Shown piece by piece: positions 61,369-64,000 of a DNA stretch of 64,000 nucleotides. A program made the position numbers and the translations under genes. This stretch comes from Escherichia phage vB_EcoM_JQD51, in the sequence record PV204681. The stretch is one strand, 5' to 3'. How positions within the stretch are numbered: position 1 is the first letter of the stretch; every line of letters begins with the position of its first letter. The notes beneath the pieces were generated by a model, which was not told the DNA's origin, did not search any database, and saw only the letters and a program-made list of their open reading frames with translations.

Positions 61369-63038
61369 TGATGAGTGATATCGCCACCGATTGGACGATA
61401 AGAAACACCAGTTTCTTTATCAGTTAGTACCCATTTACCAGGATTTTTTGTAATCAGAGTAGCCGTTACAGGTTCTGCTACATCATAACTAATAGAGCCG
61501 TCTTGAAGTACACGGCCCATATTACGTAATTGCTTAGTCAGAAGTTCCATACCTTTATAATATGCGGCTACCGCTTTAAGTGGATTATTCTTGAAATAAC
61601 CACCTAATGCAATCCAGATAATTGCTACAGCCAAATGATGATACTCATTAAACGAACTCATCTTTCCATATTTGTAAACTAATGGATTGATGTTAATAGT
61701 CACATTACAAGTTGTTTCATCAATAGTAAACTGTCCCCAGGTCGGATTAGCATTGAATTCATCATAACCTGAAACAGCATAAAGCACTTTAGCTTCATCA
61801 TACAATTTTGGCCCGTAAATCTTGGTTTCACCAAAATATCCACGAGGGTCGATAAACTTGACTTCACCATTATCAGTAATCATAGTATTACTGAAGTTTG
61901 GGTCACCATGAATAACAGAGTACTGTCCCTGAGAACGGTTATGATAACGAATAAGGTGTTCTAAAGCTTGTTTCAGCATTGGCTTCAGACGCCCAATCTT
62001 AGTGTAGTTCACATGTGTGATTTTACCAAATGAATCAATCAATGGTTGAATACTTTCACAACGATCAATAACTTTAGTATAGAATTCTTTAGTGAAATCA
62101 CGACGAACAGTTTCAGGACTTACAAAATAAGTGTCTGTGCTGAATTTCAGTGCATCTAAAATTGCATCAACAATTTGTGGACGAGCAAGACTTGATTTGG
62201 ATTTAATATATTCAAATGCCGGCTTACCTTTAATGCGTTCCATTTCAAAGTTATTTTCATTAACAGAAACTAGCTGAGGAACTGAATCTGATTTCACTTT
62301 AAGATACCATGAAATCTCATCTTTCTGAAGAGCTCGGCCCTGTTCGGTTAATGCGAATTTAGTTACAGTTTCTTCACCAATTTCAACTGCATTAAAACTA
62401 CGATTAAGTTCACGAACTTCATGAGCTTTTTCAAGTTTAGGCATATCACCTAAATCAATTAGATTCATAAGCTCTGATTTATTGAATGCGCTGCCGTAAA
62501 GGAATTCTACGAAATCACGTCCTTTGCAGTATTCATGAATTTCCTCATCAGTAGAACCCATATAGAATTCCCAGTCTTTGAACTGATAAATTCCTACAAC
62601 ATTACCACCTGTTGAACCTACGTTAGTGATATTTTCACCGTCGAAATTATATCGACATTCGTCGCCCTTAACATAGATTGCGTTAACATTCCAAGACCAT
62701 GAACCAAAATCAGGAATAATATCACACCAGTTAACAATTACATTATGGCCGTCTAAATCTTTGTGCAATTTAGCAAGAGCATAAGCAGAACCATATGCTT
62801 CATCAACTGTACGAATAGTCACATTGAACCCTTCTTGCTCACAATAAGCTCGAACGGTTTCAGCAAATTTTGAATGAACTACTACAATAATTTCATCTGC
62901 GCCAAGGTCAGAATAAATTGTATACAAATTGCTCAGAATAGTGTCTTGTTTATAGTTAACAAGCACCTTAGGAATATGATGTGTTATTGGATACAAACGA
63001 GTTGCCAGTCCAGCACCGAGAATAACAGCTTTTTTCAT
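61353..63038 (-). CDS. bifunctional sugar-1-phosphate nucleotidyltransferase / APH-like anomeric sugar kinase
   Basis: 561 aa; N-terminal KKAVILGAGLATRLYPITHHIPKVLV (RmlA/GalU-type G-x-G-T-R-L-x-P-x-T); C-terminal HGDPNFSN...KFIDPRGYFG (HxDxxxxN catalytic loop and D of Mg site as in ChoK/APH/AmgK); GAGGACC SD. Confidence 0.8.
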   Translation of the reverse strand: MKKAVILGAGLATRLYPITHHIPKVLVNYKQDTILSNLYTIYSDLGADEIIVVVHSKFAETVRAYCEQEGFNVTIRTVDEAYGSAYALAKLHKDLDGHNVIVNWCDIIPDFGSWSWNVNAIYVKGDECRYNFDGENITNVGSTGGNVVGIYQFKDWEFYMGSTDEEIHEYCKGRDFVEFLYGSAFNKSELMNLIDLGDMPKLEKAHEVRELNRSFNAVEIGEETVTKFALTEQGRALQKDEISWYLKVKSDSVPQLVSVNENNFEMERIKGKPAFEYIKSKSSLARPQIVDAILDALKFSTDTYFVSPETVRRDFTKEFYTKVIDRCESIQPLIDSFGKITHVNYTKIGRLKPMLKQALEHLIRYHNRSQGQYSVIHGDPNFSNTMITDNGEVKFIDPRGYFGETKIYGPKLYDEAKVLYAVSGYDEFNANPTWGQFTIDETTCNVTININPLVYKYGKMSSFNEYHHLAVAIIWIALGGYFKNNPLKAVAAYYKGMELLTKQLRNMGRVLQDGSISYDVAEPVTATLITKNPGKWVLTDKETGVSYRPIGGDITHQWERI

Positions 63039-63079
63039 GTTGTGGTCCTCATTGGTAAGTAGGAGTATTGTACACTATT

Positions 63080-63223
63080 CTAGTTAAAGCATTCATACTT
63101 TGCTTGTAGTCCAATCATAATCCATCCAATTACAAGTGTTGGAATCATTACTGGAGCCGTTAAGCTCCAGTAGATAGTCATGACAAGCATCAATAGTAAA
63201 AGTCCTATTGTTATTGCTTTCAT
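63080..63223 (-). CDS. small hydrophobic peptide (47 aa)
   Basis: Hand-read: MKAITIGLLLLMLVMTIYWSLTAPVMIPTLVIGWIMIGLQAKYECFN; ATGA overlap with the isomerase stop. Confidence 0.3.
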   Translation of the reverse strand: MKAITIGLLLLMLVMTIYWSLTAPVMIPTLVIGWIMIGLQAKYECFN

Positions 63224-63855
63224 TGTTCGCCTCGTAACATGGCACCTAGTGCGCCGCCAGGGTGGAACTTAAGGAAGTCATTAGAGGTAAATCCACGCTC
63301 AGACGAAAGGTTGATAGCAAACGTATCGATAAGCGCTAACAACAATGTAGTGGACATAGTCGGAGCCAGAGAATTCTCATCAACCTCTACTGCGATGCCT
63401 GTACAGAAAGAGTAATCAAAAAGGGCTTCATTTTCTTGTGGAATGTCTGGGTTACAATGCAACAGAATCTGTTTGACGTTCGGACGAATCATTTTAAGAT
63501 GCTTAGCCACGCCTATCATTTCTTCAGTTTTACCAGAACGACTAATATGAATCAACACATCATTAGGCGCAATGAATCCTGCATCACCGTGAGAATAATG
63601 CCCAGTGTTCAAGTACATACTCGGGATACCGAGTGAAGCAAATGTCTCAGAAGCTTTAGTTGCAATATTAGCATTCTTACCAACACCTGTAATAATTACT
63701 CGGCTTTCATAATTACTAAGTCCCGGACGTCGAAGAGTTTCTAGAATAGCATTATAACGAGCAGGGTTTTGACTAATTACTTTGGCCATATCGGCCAAAG
63801 AAGAAGATTGTTTTATGATTGCGTTAATAGCGATAGTAATAGGAGTAGTTTTCAT
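63220..63855 (-). CDS. SIS-domain sugar-phosphate isomerase, KdsD/KpsF-type arabinose-5-phosphate isomerase (no CBS domains)
   Basis: 211 aa; TGVGKNANIATKASETFASLGIPSMYLNTGHYSHGDAGFIAPNDVLIHISRSGKTEE aligns with the KdsD SIS core (GxGKSGxIGxKxAATFASTG...HGDLG...SxSGE). Confidence 0.8.
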   Translation of the reverse strand: MKTTPITIAINAIIKQSSSLADMAKVISQNPARYNAILETLRRPGLSNYESRVIITGVGKNANIATKASETFASLGIPSMYLNTGHYSHGDAGFIAPNDVLIHISRSGKTEEMIGVAKHLKMIRPNVKQILLHCNPDIPQENEALFDYSFCTGIAVEVDENSLAPTMSTTLLLALIDTFAINLSSERGFTSNDFLKFHPGGALGAMLRGEQ

Positions 63856-63895
63856 ATTTCTCTCATTTAATTAGTTTACCGTCCATGACATTATA

Positions 63896-64000
63896 TCAAA
63901 AATCGAACATATCGAAAAGAGATGCTTTCTTCTCGTAATCGAGTTTCGCTGCTGATGTGAATCCTTCAAGTGGTTTAATAAATGTCTTCTCAAGGAGAAC
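63896..64000 (-). CDS. 43: DNA polymerase gp43, C-terminal 34 codons (gene continues beyond window end)
   Basis: Hand translation ...VLLEKTFIKPLEGFTSAAKLDYEKKASLFDMFDF*; the terminal KKASLFDMFDF matches the RB69 pol clamp-binding peptide as I remember it. Confidence 0.6.
   Translation of the reverse strand, partial: VLLEKTFIKPLEGFTSAAKLDYEKKASLFDMFDF

Overview
This window is a contiguous segment of a T4-like (Tevenvirinae) myophage genome, collinear with T4 from the cd/pseT region through genes 34-38, t, asiA, motA, 52, rIIB/rIIA, 39, dexA, dda, modA/modB, soc, 56, 61, 41, uvsX and 42 to the 3' end of gene 43. The gene 43 C-terminus (...KKASLFDMFDF) looks RB69-type from memory. Nearly all early/middle genes are on the minus strand, tightly packed with TAATG/ATGA overlaps; the late tail-fibre/holin block 34-35-36-37-38-t is on the plus strand. 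Many minus-strand early promoters (GTTTAC -N17/18- TATAAT-like), three TATAAATA late promoters and several UUCG-tetraloop terminators are readable. The main non-T4 cargo sits where T4 carries beta-gt, imm and gene 60/mobA: a TMPK-like P-loop kinase and a 299-aa protein coupled to gene 42, then a U32-family enzyme, a small HAD phosphatase, a fused sugar-1-P nucleotidyltransferase/anomeric kinase and a KdsD-type arabinose-5-P isomerase, plus a GT-B glycosyltransferase between rIIA.1 and gene 39. I read this as a candidate NDP-pentose (arabinose-type) DNA hypermodification system for hmC DNA. A class I DAHP synthase gene runs off the window start; it may feed prephenate to the U32 enzyme. All assignments come from reading the sequence and remembered family motifs; no database search was run. 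ORF coordinates follow the supplied track, with starts moved to internal ATGs where a Shine-Dalgarno or coupling supports it. Promoter, terminator and untracked small-ORF coordinates are hand-derived and may be off by 1-2 nt.
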